Below are positions 46,946 through 56,865 of a stretch of 64,000 nucleotides of DNA, in pieces. A program made the translations under genes and the position numbers. Position 1 is the first letter of the stretch. Each line of letters starts with the position of its first letter. The notes under the pieces were generated by a model. The model was not told the origin of the DNA and searched no databases. It saw only the letters and a program-made list of their open reading frames with translations. The stretch is taken from NCBI GenBank assembly GCA_021846565.1, contig JAJZWS010000001.1, positions 83,810 to 147,809 on the forward strand, read 5' to 3'. The DNA is from Bacillota bacterium (GTDB taxonomy: Bacteria; Bacillota; Sulfobacillia; Sulfobacillales; JAIMBI01).

Positions 46946-47749
46946 GATTTCCGTCAGCGAGCGCGCGTGACCAGCGAGAGCCCATCGGGCGGAGTCGTTG
47001 TCTGGCATGGCGGCTGTGGGCGGAGCGCTCTGCTCCCCTTGCGCTGGGAGAGGATGTCCGTGGCGATTCGAGCTCAAGCACCTGGGGTCGACGTGCGTTA
47101 CCGCCTCCTCCGCGTCGGTTTTCGACGGCCTACAAGTCCGCATCCTGGCCGCAGCGGATGCCTGCACCGAACCGCCCTGGGGGCCGTGTTGCGGCGGAGG
47201 GTTGTGCTGGCCCGAATTTTCGGATCGCGTTCCCAGCCCCTCTGGGGGCGGATCGGTGGTTGTGGAAGGGGTAGTCCGCATCGAGGTCCTGGTACACCGT
47301 GTCCGGGGCCCGAAGAATGTGGCGCCCCGTCGCCACCACCGCCCGTTGCTTGCCCCGGCGGCAAGCCCACGGCGTCCCAGCCTGTGGCGTGGCGGAACGG
47401 GCAAGTGGCCGCCGTTGCGTCCGGGCATAGCTGCCGGGTTCACCCGGACACCCTCCGCCATCTCGCCCTGCCGCGGCCGTGGTGGGACTTTCTGTACTGT
47501 TGTCGACTGATGGCGGCTGGCTCCGATGCCGTGGAGTGCCGCCATTGGTCGTCCAACTCTGCTGTCGAATCGCGCGGTGGGCGGCCAAGTGCGACAGGAG
47601 AGGTGGCCGTGGCCCGCGGCATGCTGAACGCGGGCTGCAGGAGCCGTCGCCGAGGTGACGATGCCGCACCCGGAGGCGGCTGTGGGCCCAGGGGCTTACC
47701 AGGACAGAGCGGCAGCGCGGCCAGTGGGGATCGCTTGAAGGAGGCTGGG

Positions 47750-47956
47750 ATGTTGGCAATCGTGATGGAAGCGTGGCGCTGGATTCGCCAGACGTGGCTC
47801 TGGCGGTTCCGGCCTCGCCACGGCAACGTGTTCATCGAGAACGGCATTTGGATCATCATTGTGGTTCTGGCCCTGATCCTGCCCATTGAGGCGCTCCGCA
47901 ACGCGATCGTGACCGCCTACGGGTCCATCGTGTCGAACTTGAATGCGATCCCGTAG
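47750..47956 (+). CDS. Flp-family type IVb pilin-like protein
   Basis: ATG follows GAAGGAGG. The 68-aa product is MLAIVMEAWRWIRQTWLWRFRPRHG/NVFIENGIWIIIVVLALILPI.... It has a Gly, then Glu at +5, then a hydrophobic helix, resembling the Flp G/XXXXEY processing site. Confidence 0.55.
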   Translation: MLAIVMEAWRWIRQTWLWRFRPRHGNVFIENGIWIIIVVLALILPIEALRNAIVTAYGSIVSNLNAIP

Positions 47957-48443
47957 GCGGCGGGGGCAGGCCCTCATCGAAGCGGCGGTGGTGCTGCCTG
48001 TGTTGCTGGTGGCTACGTTCGCGCTGTTTGCTGGGGTCCAGGTGGCGGCTTGGAAGCTCACCGGGGACGCGGCGGCCGGGGCGGGCGCGGCGGTGCTGGC
48101 GGCGGGCGGGTCCCCAGCCCAGGCGGTACAGATGGCGCGGAGGGCGTTTCACGCGCCCTCCGCCTTCACCCCGGTGATCACGGCAAACGTGAGCCAGGGG
48201 TCGGGGACGGTGAATCTGGCGTTCGTGCTGCCCGTACCGCTGGGACCCGTGCATCTGGGAGCCACGCGGACCGTCGTGGTGCCCAGCGTGAGCACGGGGA
48301 GCGGAGGTTCCGGTGGCGGCGGAGGCGGTTTCCTCGGCAATGGGGGCAACCCACCCGGGGGTACGGTGCCCGTGTGCGACCACGTCGTCCTGTCGCCAAC
48401 GGGCCGGCTGATTTGTACCGGCGGGTACGGGAGTGCGCCGTAA
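47943..48443 (+). CDS. TadE-like pilus assembly (pseudopilin) protein
   Basis: The N-terminus RRRGQALIEAAVVLPVLLVATFALFAG fits the TadE motif (G.A.vE.A.v.P.l). The C-terminus is Gly-rich with two Cys. It overlaps the flp-like gene by 14 nt. Confidence 0.6.
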   Translation: MRSRRRRGQALIEAAVVLPVLLVATFALFAGVQVAAWKLTGDAAAGAGAAVLAAGGSPAQAVQMARRAFHAPSAFTPVITANVSQGSGTVNLAFVLPVPLGPVHLGATRTVVVPSVSTGSGGSGGGGGGFLGNGGNPPGGTVPVCDHVVLSPTGRLICTGGYGSAP

Positions 48444-49042
48444 TGCGGCGGCAGGGCTTTGCGGCGCTGTGGGTGCTGTTGGCGCTGACGGTGGTGCCCG
48501 TGGCGTTCGTACTGGTTGTGGACGGAGCGGCGGCCATCAACGGGGCCGCGGCGGGTCAAGCGGCGCTGCAAAGCGCGACGATCCTGGTGCAGCACGATCC
48601 GGCGCAGAGTTGGGCTGGGGCGGTGGTGGCAGACCTGCCACCCGCCCTGGCCCGCTACGCCGAGGTGGGGACGGGGTCTACGGACGTTACGCTAGAGGTT
48701 CCCCTTCCGATTCCCTTGGGTGGCGTGCACGCGGTGCGTCTGGTGGTTCATGATCCCACCACCACCGCTGCCGAAGGCAGCGGGCGATATTCGGCGACGG
48801 CCTATAGGGGCGCTCGACAGCCGAGCGTCTCAGGTGCCGGAGCCAGCTGCCGTGTGCACGGCCATGGCGACAGCTTGGACGACTGGAGGGCGCTCCCGTC
48901 CTGGCTGCCTCTAAACTGCCGCGGTACGTATGCGGCTTCCAGGGGGGGCGCCGCGCTGCCGTCGATGAACGGACGACCCAGCCAGTCACGTGCGTCCCGG
49001 GGGTACGACTACGGTCCGGATGAGGCAAGCAGTCCCGAGTGA
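48443..49042 (+). CDS. TadG/Tad_N-like pilus assembly protein
   Basis: Its TAATG overlaps the preceding stop. The N-terminus RRQGFAALWVLLALTVVPVAFVLVVDGAAAINGAAAGQAALQSA fits the TadE/G-like N-terminal domain pattern. Codon bias weakens in the last third. Confidence 0.45.
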   Translation: MRRQGFAALWVLLALTVVPVAFVLVVDGAAAINGAAAGQAALQSATILVQHDPAQSWAGAVVADLPPALARYAEVGTGSTDVTLEVPLPIPLGGVHAVRLVVHDPTTTAAEGSGRYSATAYRGARQPSVSGAGASCRVHGHGDSLDDWRALPSWLPLNCRGTYAASRGGAALPSMNGRPSQSRASRGYDYGPDEASSPE

Positions 49043-49129
49043 TCGCTGACCGCTATCCCTGCGAAGGCACGGATGCCAACGCTTCGCGCGTAGTAAAATG
49101 AATTGGACGTGAGTCGGATAAGTGCTCGG

Positions 49130-49330
49130 ATGTCGGATAGGGGACAGGCCGTCATACCCGTTGGAACCCGTCGGGCCATCGGATTCAATCGACGGGTGGA
49201 CGTCACGGCTGAAGGTGGGGCGGTGTGCATTCGGCCGTTCGTACCCATGCCGCTCGCGGCAGCACAAGGCGGGTTTCGGGGAAAGCCCACGGTGGACTTA
49301 CTGCTCCGCGAGCGGCGGCGCGATGGCTAA
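49130..49330 (+). CDS. AbrB/MazE/SpoVT-family antitoxin (VapB-like)
   Basis: MSDRGQAVIPVGTRRAIGF is the swapped-hairpin DNA-binding motif. Its stop overlaps the start of the PIN gene. Confidence 0.6.
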   Translation: MSDRGQAVIPVGTRRAIGFNRRVDVTAEGGAVCIRPFVPMPLAAAQGGFRGKPTVDLLLRERRRDG

Positions 49331-49719
49331 CTTCATCCTGGATTCGTATGCGGTGCTGGCGCCTTTGACTGATGACGTGGGCACCGACGAAGTTCGCGCA
49401 GGCATCCCGAACCCCGAGCACCACCTTCGGATGAGAGTGGTCAACCTCGGCCAAGTTCACTACGTCCTGAGCCGCACCAACGGGGGCGAAGCGGCGGAGG
49501 ACGCCGTACGCCTCGTGTTCGAGCCGGAGAACGTCGATGTGATCGATGTGACCAGCAGCAGTTCAAAAGTCGCGGTGGAAGTCCTATGCGGATGCCTTCG
49601 TGTGCCCAGAAGCCGAGCGCGAGGGATGGACGATCCTGCCAGGTGACCCCGAGTTCGAATCAGTCCCAGAGGTTGGCGCGCATTGGCTTTTTGGCAGCCT
49701 TCCTCACAAGGAGCGCTGA
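49323..49719 (+). pseudogene. PIN-domain toxin (VapC-like) with +1 frameshift
   Basis: Frame 0 reads MANFILDSYAVLA...VVNLGQVHYVL... up to about 49555. The conserved C-terminus SYADAFVCPEAEREGWTILPGDPEFESV is readable only in the next frame, from 49552 to TGA at 49717-49719. Confidence 0.55.
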
Positions 49720-49930
49720 CGGCGGTTGAGGCGCCGTCTGGCGCGAGCGGGATTGTGCCGGCCGGGAGCGATCTCGTCGTGTCGCCGCAGCAAGTGGTTG
49801 GAGAATGGCTCCGACCGGATGTCATACGACGGACCGGGCCGGGCCAGTGGGCAGCCGGGTGGTGGCATAAGGTGAGGTACGCACGCATCGGCTCAGCGCA
49901 TGTTGAACGGAGGGAACGGAGGGCATCCAC

Positions 49931-50413
49931 GTGGGAATGCTTCATCAGCAGTTCGAGCGACTGGCGGTCGCGAGCTGTGAGGCGGCTCGCGAGACGTTTG
50001 GGGACAACCTCGTGGCGCTCGCGGTCTTCGGGTCGGTCGGTCGGGGCACGCCCCGGTTTGACTCCGACCTCGACCTGTTGGGGGTGCTTGAAACCGCACC
50101 CCGCCACCGGCGCGACCGATGGCTGCTGGCCGAAGGAATGGGGGAGCACGTCCGGCCGCTTCAGGTCGAGCTGGCTGGTCAGGGCGTCCACGCGGAGCTG
50201 TCCCTGATTTTGAAATCTCGGACTGAATTGGCGGCCGGGTTTCCCCTCCTGCTGGATATGGTGGACGATGCGGTTATTCTCACCGACCCCACTGGCGTGC
50301 TGACTGCCCGGTTGGGCCTGTTGCGCCAGCGTCTGTCGGCGGCTGGGGCGCGGCGCATTTGGGTCGGCAACGCATGGCACTGGGATTTGGGCAGCGGGGC
50401 GTTCGAGATATGA
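49931..50413 (+). CDS. nucleotidyltransferase-domain protein (MNT-like)
   Basis: LAVFGSVGRGTPRFDSDLDLLGV is the pol-beta-type GS-x9-D-x-D motif. GTG lies 7 nt after GGAGGG. Confidence 0.75.
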   Translation: MGMLHQQFERLAVASCEAARETFGDNLVALAVFGSVGRGTPRFDSDLDLLGVLETAPRHRRDRWLLAEGMGEHVRPLQVELAGQGVHAELSLILKSRTELAAGFPLLLDMVDDAVILTDPTGVLTARLGLLRQRLSAAGARRIWVGNAWHWDLGSGAFEI

Positions 50414-50835
50414 GCGCCTTTCGCAGTTTGGCCAACAGCTACTTGGCGAAGGCGCGGGTCCGGCGCCAAGCGCTCGATCTGTTTTGGGCGGCCGAGGATT
50501 ATTCCGACGTGGTGCGGGAAGCCCAGGGAATCGTAGAGCTGGCTACCAAGGGCATCCTGCGTGGCATTGGCGTAGAGCCGCCAAAGAGACACGACGTGGC
50601 CGACCTGCTTGCTCACTATGAAGACCGCCTGCCAAAAGCGGAGTGGGCCCGCCTGGCGGCCGCATCCAAGTGGCTTCGGACGGAGCGGGAGTTTTCCTTC
50701 GATGGTGACATCGACTTCATCCCGACCGAAGAGTACTCGGCCGCCGAAGCCCAAGAGGCGATTGCGGCAGCAGACCTGGCCATCGCGTTGGCCGCACTGA
50801 CACTCTTGGGAACGCCCCCCGCGGCGACGACGTAG
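50410..50835 (+). CDS. HEPN-domain protein
   Basis: Its ATGA overlaps the NTase stop. A helical protein containing AQGIVELATKGILRGIGVEPPKRHDVADLL, the HEPN (PF05168-like) pattern. No canonical Rx4-6H motif was seen. Confidence 0.7.
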   Translation: MSAFRSLANSYLAKARVRRQALDLFWAAEDYSDVVREAQGIVELATKGILRGIGVEPPKRHDVADLLAHYEDRLPKAEWARLAAASKWLRTEREFSFDGDIDFIPTEEYSAAEAQEAIAAADLAIALAALTLLGTPPAATT

Positions 50836-50945
50836 ATTCACTTCGGGAGTGAAGTCGACATGCACCTCGCTGTGGTAGGGCTTCTGAGGAGAGGCGTGGG
50901 CGCCCGCCGGTGAGTCCGATGGCCTCGACCGAGACGGAAGCGGAG

Positions 50946-51521
50946 TTACGACACCGGGCCCGGTCCGGGGATCCCGGGCGGCGTCTCGCCGAGGTCGCGG
51001 TAGAGGGCAGCCAAGGCGAGGCGGTGCTCGTCCGGGGTGCCTGGCGCGGTGGAGATGCGGGCCGCAACCGTGTGCCCATCGACGAGGCCAGCCCGGATCA
51101 CGGCGCGGCAGAACGACAAGTCCTTTACCCGGTGCGCGAGGTACTTGCTTACCAATAAGTCCTCGGGGTCGAGACAGTAGCCGACCACACCCTGCGTGTT
51201 TTCATTCGAGACGGCTACGAGGCGCGCTTGCCATCCCTGGGGCAGGCGGGCCGTGCCGAGAGCCACCCCATCGGCGTACACCCCGAAGGCGTCGTGGAAG
51301 GGCGAGCCTTCCCCGAGCGTGCCGTCGATAAGGTCGGCGAGCCGTTCGTCGGCGTCATGGGGGGGAATGATGTCGGCTTCTTGGGACAGCGTGGCCTCCG
51401 CCGGCAGGCGGGTCTCGTCAAAGGTGCCCAGGATGGCTTGGCTGCCGATGATGTACACATGGTCGACGCGGAGAATCGCCCCCGCGGCTCGAATGAGGGG
51501 CTCCAGCTCGTCACGGCGCAT
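50946..51521 (-). CDS. nucleotidyltransferase-fold protein (DUF6036-like)
   Basis: The internal Met gives MRRDELEPLIRAAGAILRVDHVYIIGSQAILG...QEADIIP.... The IIGSQA ... D.. pattern is an NTase-like core. Family naming is from memory only. Confidence 0.45.
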   Translation of the reverse strand: MRRDELEPLIRAAGAILRVDHVYIIGSQAILGTFDETRLPAEATLSQEADIIPPHDADERLADLIDGTLGEGSPFHDAFGVYADGVALGTARLPQGWQARLVAVSNENTQGVVGYCLDPEDLLVSKYLAHRVKDLSFCRAVIRAGLVDGHTVAARISTAPGTPDEHRLALAALYRDLGETPPGIPGPGPVS

Positions 51522-51936
51522 CGTCAGGCCGCCGATCCTGGCGGAACTGATGGCAGATCGCCCAGCGCTCCCGGGCGTCCAGGAGGCCCACAAAGGGCGA
51601 CCTACGCCGGAGCGACTCCGCGTACTCGCTGTCGTCGGCCGCCAATAGGTCATACAGATCCGCCATGGGGGCGTCGAGCCACCGCGTCCACTCGCTCACG
51701 TAGTAGCGGGCGTGGGGCGCGGCGACCGCCCAATGGGCAACGCGAGCACGCGCCTTCGCCAGCGAGTGCTCGGGATCCGCTCGCAACTTCTGCGCGACGG
51801 CGCGATGCAGGGCGCGAGACCGCGCCGTACGACGGTCCAGCACGAGTGGTGCCTCCCTGCTATCCAGCATACGCGCTATCTCGGGGAACGCCGATGCCTT
51901 GTCCGCCTTGGCGGCAAAAGCGACAGGTCGGCTCAT
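51511..51936 (-). CDS. hypothetical partner protein of the DUF6036-like gene
   Basis: 141-aa helical protein (RALHRAVAQKLRADPEHSLAKARARVAHW...WTRWLD...LRRRSPFVGLLDARERWAI). It overlaps the downstream gene by 11 nt. The start is uncertain. Confidence 0.4.
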   Translation of the reverse strand: MSRPVAFAAKADKASAFPEIARMLDSREAPLVLDRRTARSRALHRAVAQKLRADPEHSLAKARARVAHWAVAAPHARYYVSEWTRWLDAPMADLYDLLAADDSEYAESLRRRSPFVGLLDARERWAICHQFRQDRRPDDAP

Positions 51937-52079
51937 CCGGGACTCTGCGCTGTGCGAGCCGGGCCTCCTGCGCCACCACGACTCACGGGGGGTATAGTGG
52001 GGAAGGGGGCTCAGCGGGCGGGCACCGGGAAAAGCCCTGGCGCCCCTCGAAGGGCGGCTCCAGAAAGGCGGCGGTATCC

Positions 52080-52601
52080 ATGAGCTACGGCAGGCGGCTG
52101 GTGCGGCGGGCTCTTGGCACGGGGGGCCGCAGCGGGCATTCCGGAGTGCTCGGTGCTGCGCTCGATGCATCGGCTCAGGCGTACGCACAACTGCTCCGAG
52201 TCCCGCGGGTCGTCAAGCAGTCGGCCGCGGGCCCACCCGGGATGCGCCCCGGCACACCGGCCGCCTGGTTTGCGCACCGCGTGGCCGAGGCGCTCGAGAG
52301 GCAGGGCTGGTGTCTCATCGGCCCTGTGGAGCATCCGAGCGGTGACGCGAGCCTAATTGGGGAGGACCCTTGGGGCACCCGGTGCGTGGTGCAGTGTCCG
52401 CTGGGGGCGCAGGGTGTGGTCGACGTGGAGGCGGTTTACGTGGCGGTGGCGGCCCGGGACGCGTGGGCGTGTGACCAGAGCATGGTGGTGGCACCGGACG
52501 GCGTTCGCTTCACGCACGCGGCGCGTGACTATGCGCGGGGGGCCGACGTGTCGCTAAGGCGGCTCTTGTCCAGTGGGGAAGTGGCTCGCGCCGCGCCGTA
52601 G
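52080..52601 (+). CDS. restriction-endonuclease-like (Mrr_cat-type) domain protein
   Basis: WFAHRVAEALERQGW......GDASLIGEDPWGTRCVVQCP...V....V..........DQSMVVAP..FT..A..YA fits the Mrr catalytic-domain layout. The usual Q-x-K reads Q-C-P here. Confidence 0.5.
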   Translation: MSYGRRLVRRALGTGGRSGHSGVLGAALDASAQAYAQLLRVPRVVKQSAAGPPGMRPGTPAAWFAHRVAEALERQGWCLIGPVEHPSGDASLIGEDPWGTRCVVQCPLGAQGVVDVEAVYVAVAARDAWACDQSMVVAPDGVRFTHAARDYARGADVSLRRLLSSGEVARAAP

Positions 52602-52690
52602 GCTCTTCGCAGCGTCGCAGGGGAGTATACAATGGCTGTGTTACCGATTCCCCGCACGCCATGTCAGCTATTTCAAAGGGGGATTCCTCC

Positions 52691-54328
<1,638 letters not shown>

Positions 54329-54454
54329 GGCGCCGCCCCGCCCCGGGCGCCGTGATTTGCGTCCGGTGCCCGATTGTGGCACGCTGACCAAAATTGTCGT
54401 CGGGGTGCTGCTTTGTAGGGGCGACACCTGCTGACCGTTGACTGAGGTGACACC

Positions 54455-55591
54455 ATGTATCTGCCCCAACTGCATTCGGTTGCGTTTAAGTTTGGCCCGA
54501 TCGCGGTTCACTGGTACGGCATCTTCATGGTGGCCGCGATCGTGGGTGGCGTGTGGTACATGCTGGAGCGGGGCGGAGAACTTGGCGTCAGCACCGACCG
54601 GCTGAGTACCATTGCGCTGTGGACTGTGGTGGCGGCGGTCGTAGGTGCTCGCATCCTGTTTGTGTTGGCCAACGATCCGCAGTGGATTACCCAGGACCCC
54701 ATGCAGATCGTTCGCGTGTGGCAGGGCGGACTCGCGTACGATGGGGCTGTGGGGCTCGGCATCCTGGCTTTGTGGTATCAGCTCCGACAAACCCCGCTGG
54801 TGTTCAACAAGCTGGCAGACTGGCTCATCCCGGGGATGGCCATCGCGATTTTCATGGTGCGCATCGGGAACATCTTCAACCATGAGGTGCTGGGCCGCAT
54901 GACCCAGCTGGGCTTCGGTCGGTGGCCCGAACAGTTGTGGGGCTCGTTCATCGGCGTCTTTTTGCTGTTGCGCTACTTTTGGATTGAGCGCCGGGTGTCG
55001 GTGCCGCCCGGGTACCAGTTCTGGTCGGCTATGGTATACTACGCCATCTTAAGGGGCGTCGTGGGTGAGACCACGCGTGCGAACCCGCTGTACCTGGTGC
55101 ACTACATCAACCCGCACTGGGGAATCGGGTTCACAACCCTCATGCAGTTGTTCACGCCGCCCATACTGGTGTTCACTATCTACATGATGCGGCGCACCTG
55201 GCGCCGGTCCGCCCGCCGGCTGGTGCCGGAGGGTGCGGTTGAGCCTGAAGACACGTCAACGGTGACCCATTCCGGAAAAACCCTGGTGCAGGTGTTGGGC
55301 GGCGTCAGCGTGGCGGGCGGGCTGGGATTTTTGCTGGGCCACGTGCCCAGCATTGGCTGGTACCTGATTGGGGCAGGGCTTGTGTTCCTCGGGAGCACCG
55401 TGGGATGGGCCACGCGGTATCTGCATGTGCGCGCCAAAGCGCCGGAGGGGTACGAACCCACGGGCGAGATTTACCGGAACCCGGGGGGGCCGTCGCCGGT
55501 TACTGTGTGGTTCCGGGGGATTCACCGCGTGTTCGTGGCGGACGCCACGCCCGTGGTTCCTGAGGCGTCTGAGGTGTCTCAGCCCTCCTGA
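54455..55591 (+). CDS. lgt: prolipoprotein diacylglyceryl transferase with ~110-aa C-terminal extension
   Basis: GPIAVHWYGIFMV, VWQGGLAYDGAV and GR.GN..N.E..G are Lgt motifs, lying within the first ~260 aa. Two extra TM helices and a tail follow. Confidence 0.85.
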   Translation: MYLPQLHSVAFKFGPIAVHWYGIFMVAAIVGGVWYMLERGGELGVSTDRLSTIALWTVVAAVVGARILFVLANDPQWITQDPMQIVRVWQGGLAYDGAVGLGILALWYQLRQTPLVFNKLADWLIPGMAIAIFMVRIGNIFNHEVLGRMTQLGFGRWPEQLWGSFIGVFLLLRYFWIERRVSVPPGYQFWSAMVYYAILRGVVGETTRANPLYLVHYINPHWGIGFTTLMQLFTPPILVFTIYMMRRTWRRSARRLVPEGAVEPEDTSTVTHSGKTLVQVLGGVSVAGGLGFLLGHVPSIGWYLIGAGLVFLGSTVGWATRYLHVRAKAPEGYEPTGEIYRNPGGPSPVTVWFRGIHRVFVADATPVVPEASEVSQPS

Positions 55592-56865
55592 GAAAAATCC
55601 TGAGGGGCTTTGTCCACCCACCGCTCGCGCAGATAGGTGGCGAGGTGTTGCACGCGCGCCCGCCCCCCCAGTGCCTGGACGCCCTGTTCCAGGTGCAGGG
55701 CACAGCCGGGGTTGTTGACGAGCCACACGTTGACGGCGGCCCGTTCCCCTTCCGCCAGATGGCGGGCCAAAACCTGCCGGGCCATGGCCGGCTGGTTGAG
55801 GTTGTACACCCCGCCTGCGCCGCAGCAGCGGTCCTGACCCGCGAGCGGGATAAACTGGTCCCCGGGAATTCCCGCTAACAGCGTGGCGGGGGCGCCCCCC
55901 TGGTGAAGGCCATTCACCAGGTGGCACGAATTTTGCAGGGCCACCCTTGCCCCGGTGCCGCGGAACCGGAGCGACGAGGGCAGCGCGGCCAACGCGGTGG
56001 CAAAGTCGCGCACCTGAGCGGCCCAGTGCCGGGCGGGCTCGCGCCAGCGCTCATCGTCCCCAAGCAGCCGACCGTAGTCGGCCATCATGGCGGCACAGCC
56101 GCCGGAGTGGGCCACCAGCCAGGTGTCGGGGGCGAGGTGCCGCTCCCATCGAGCCACCTGAGTCCGTGCCAGCTGGCGGGCTGTCTCCAGATGGCCCACA
56201 TGCGCCTCCAGCGCGCCGCAGCAGCCCTCGGACTTGGGGGCGCCCACCAGGTGGGCCCCGGCAGCGGACAAGAGGATCACGGCATCGCGGTTGGCGGTAG
56301 GAAACATGGCCGCCATGACGCACGTATCCACAAAGTGCACGGCGGGTCCCGACCGACTCGCGCGCGGTGCGGCCCCGGCCCGGGGAGTGTCCACGCGGGC
56401 GGGCAGCATCGCGGTGAGCGGGGTGAGCGAAGCGGGGAGTGGCAGCCGGCGCGCGGCCCGGCCCAGGCGAACGGCGGCGCGAAACACCCGCCGGTGGCGA
56501 ACCAGCCGCAGCAGCGCGGGGGCGGCAGGTGCGGGGATGACCCAGCGCCGCCGCCGCCGCACCATATCCGTGCGCGCAGCTTCCAGCACAGTGCTGTAAT
56601 GCACCCCCGACGGGCACGCGGTCTCGCAGGCCCGGCACCCGATGCAGAGCGACAGCGCATCCGCCAGCCCCTGGTCAACCGAAAGCTCCCCGCGCCACGC
56701 GGCTTCCATCAGGGAGAGGCGTCCGCGCGGGGAATGCACCTCAAGACCTGTCTCGATGTACGTGGGACAGGCGGGTAGACAAAATCCGCACTTGTTGCAG
56801 TGCCCCAACTGCTGCACGGCGGCGTTACTGAGCGCCAGCGGCGCGTCGCAGGTCGTGCCCGTCAT
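55579..56865 (-). CDS. glcF: glycolate oxidase iron-sulfur subunit GlcF-like protein
   Basis: ATG 56865 lies 6 nt after GAGGAGG and overlaps the upstream stop (ATGA). Two ferredoxin-type clusters (CNKCGFCLPACP, CIGCRACETACP) and CCG domains are present. Confidence 0.85.
   Translation of the reverse strand: MTGTTCDAPLALSNAAVQQLGHCNKCGFCLPACPTYIETGLEVHSPRGRLSLMEAAWRGELSVDQGLADALSLCIGCRACETACPSGVHYSTVLEAARTDMVRRRRRWVIPAPAAPALLRLVRHRRVFRAAVRLGRAARRLPLPASLTPLTAMLPARVDTPRAGAAPRASRSGPAVHFVDTCVMAAMFPTANRDAVILLSAAGAHLVGAPKSEGCCGALEAHVGHLETARQLARTQVARWERHLAPDTWLVAHSGGCAAMMADYGRLLGDDERWREPARHWAAQVRDFATALAALPSSLRFRGTGARVALQNSCHLVNGLHQGGAPATLLAGIPGDQFIPLAGQDRCCGAGGVYNLNQPAMARQVLARHLAEGERAAVNVWLVNNPGCALHLEQGVQALGGRARVQHLATYLRERWVDKAPQDFSQEG

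Noticed and set aside
44212-47545. Two 586-aa minus-strand ORFs (44212..45972 and 45785..47545)
   Set aside because: Both are extremely Arg/Pro/Gly-rich. They run antisense to plus-strand genes that have signal peptides and lipobox features, and they span the non-coding gaps only because stops are rare in this G+C-rich DNA.
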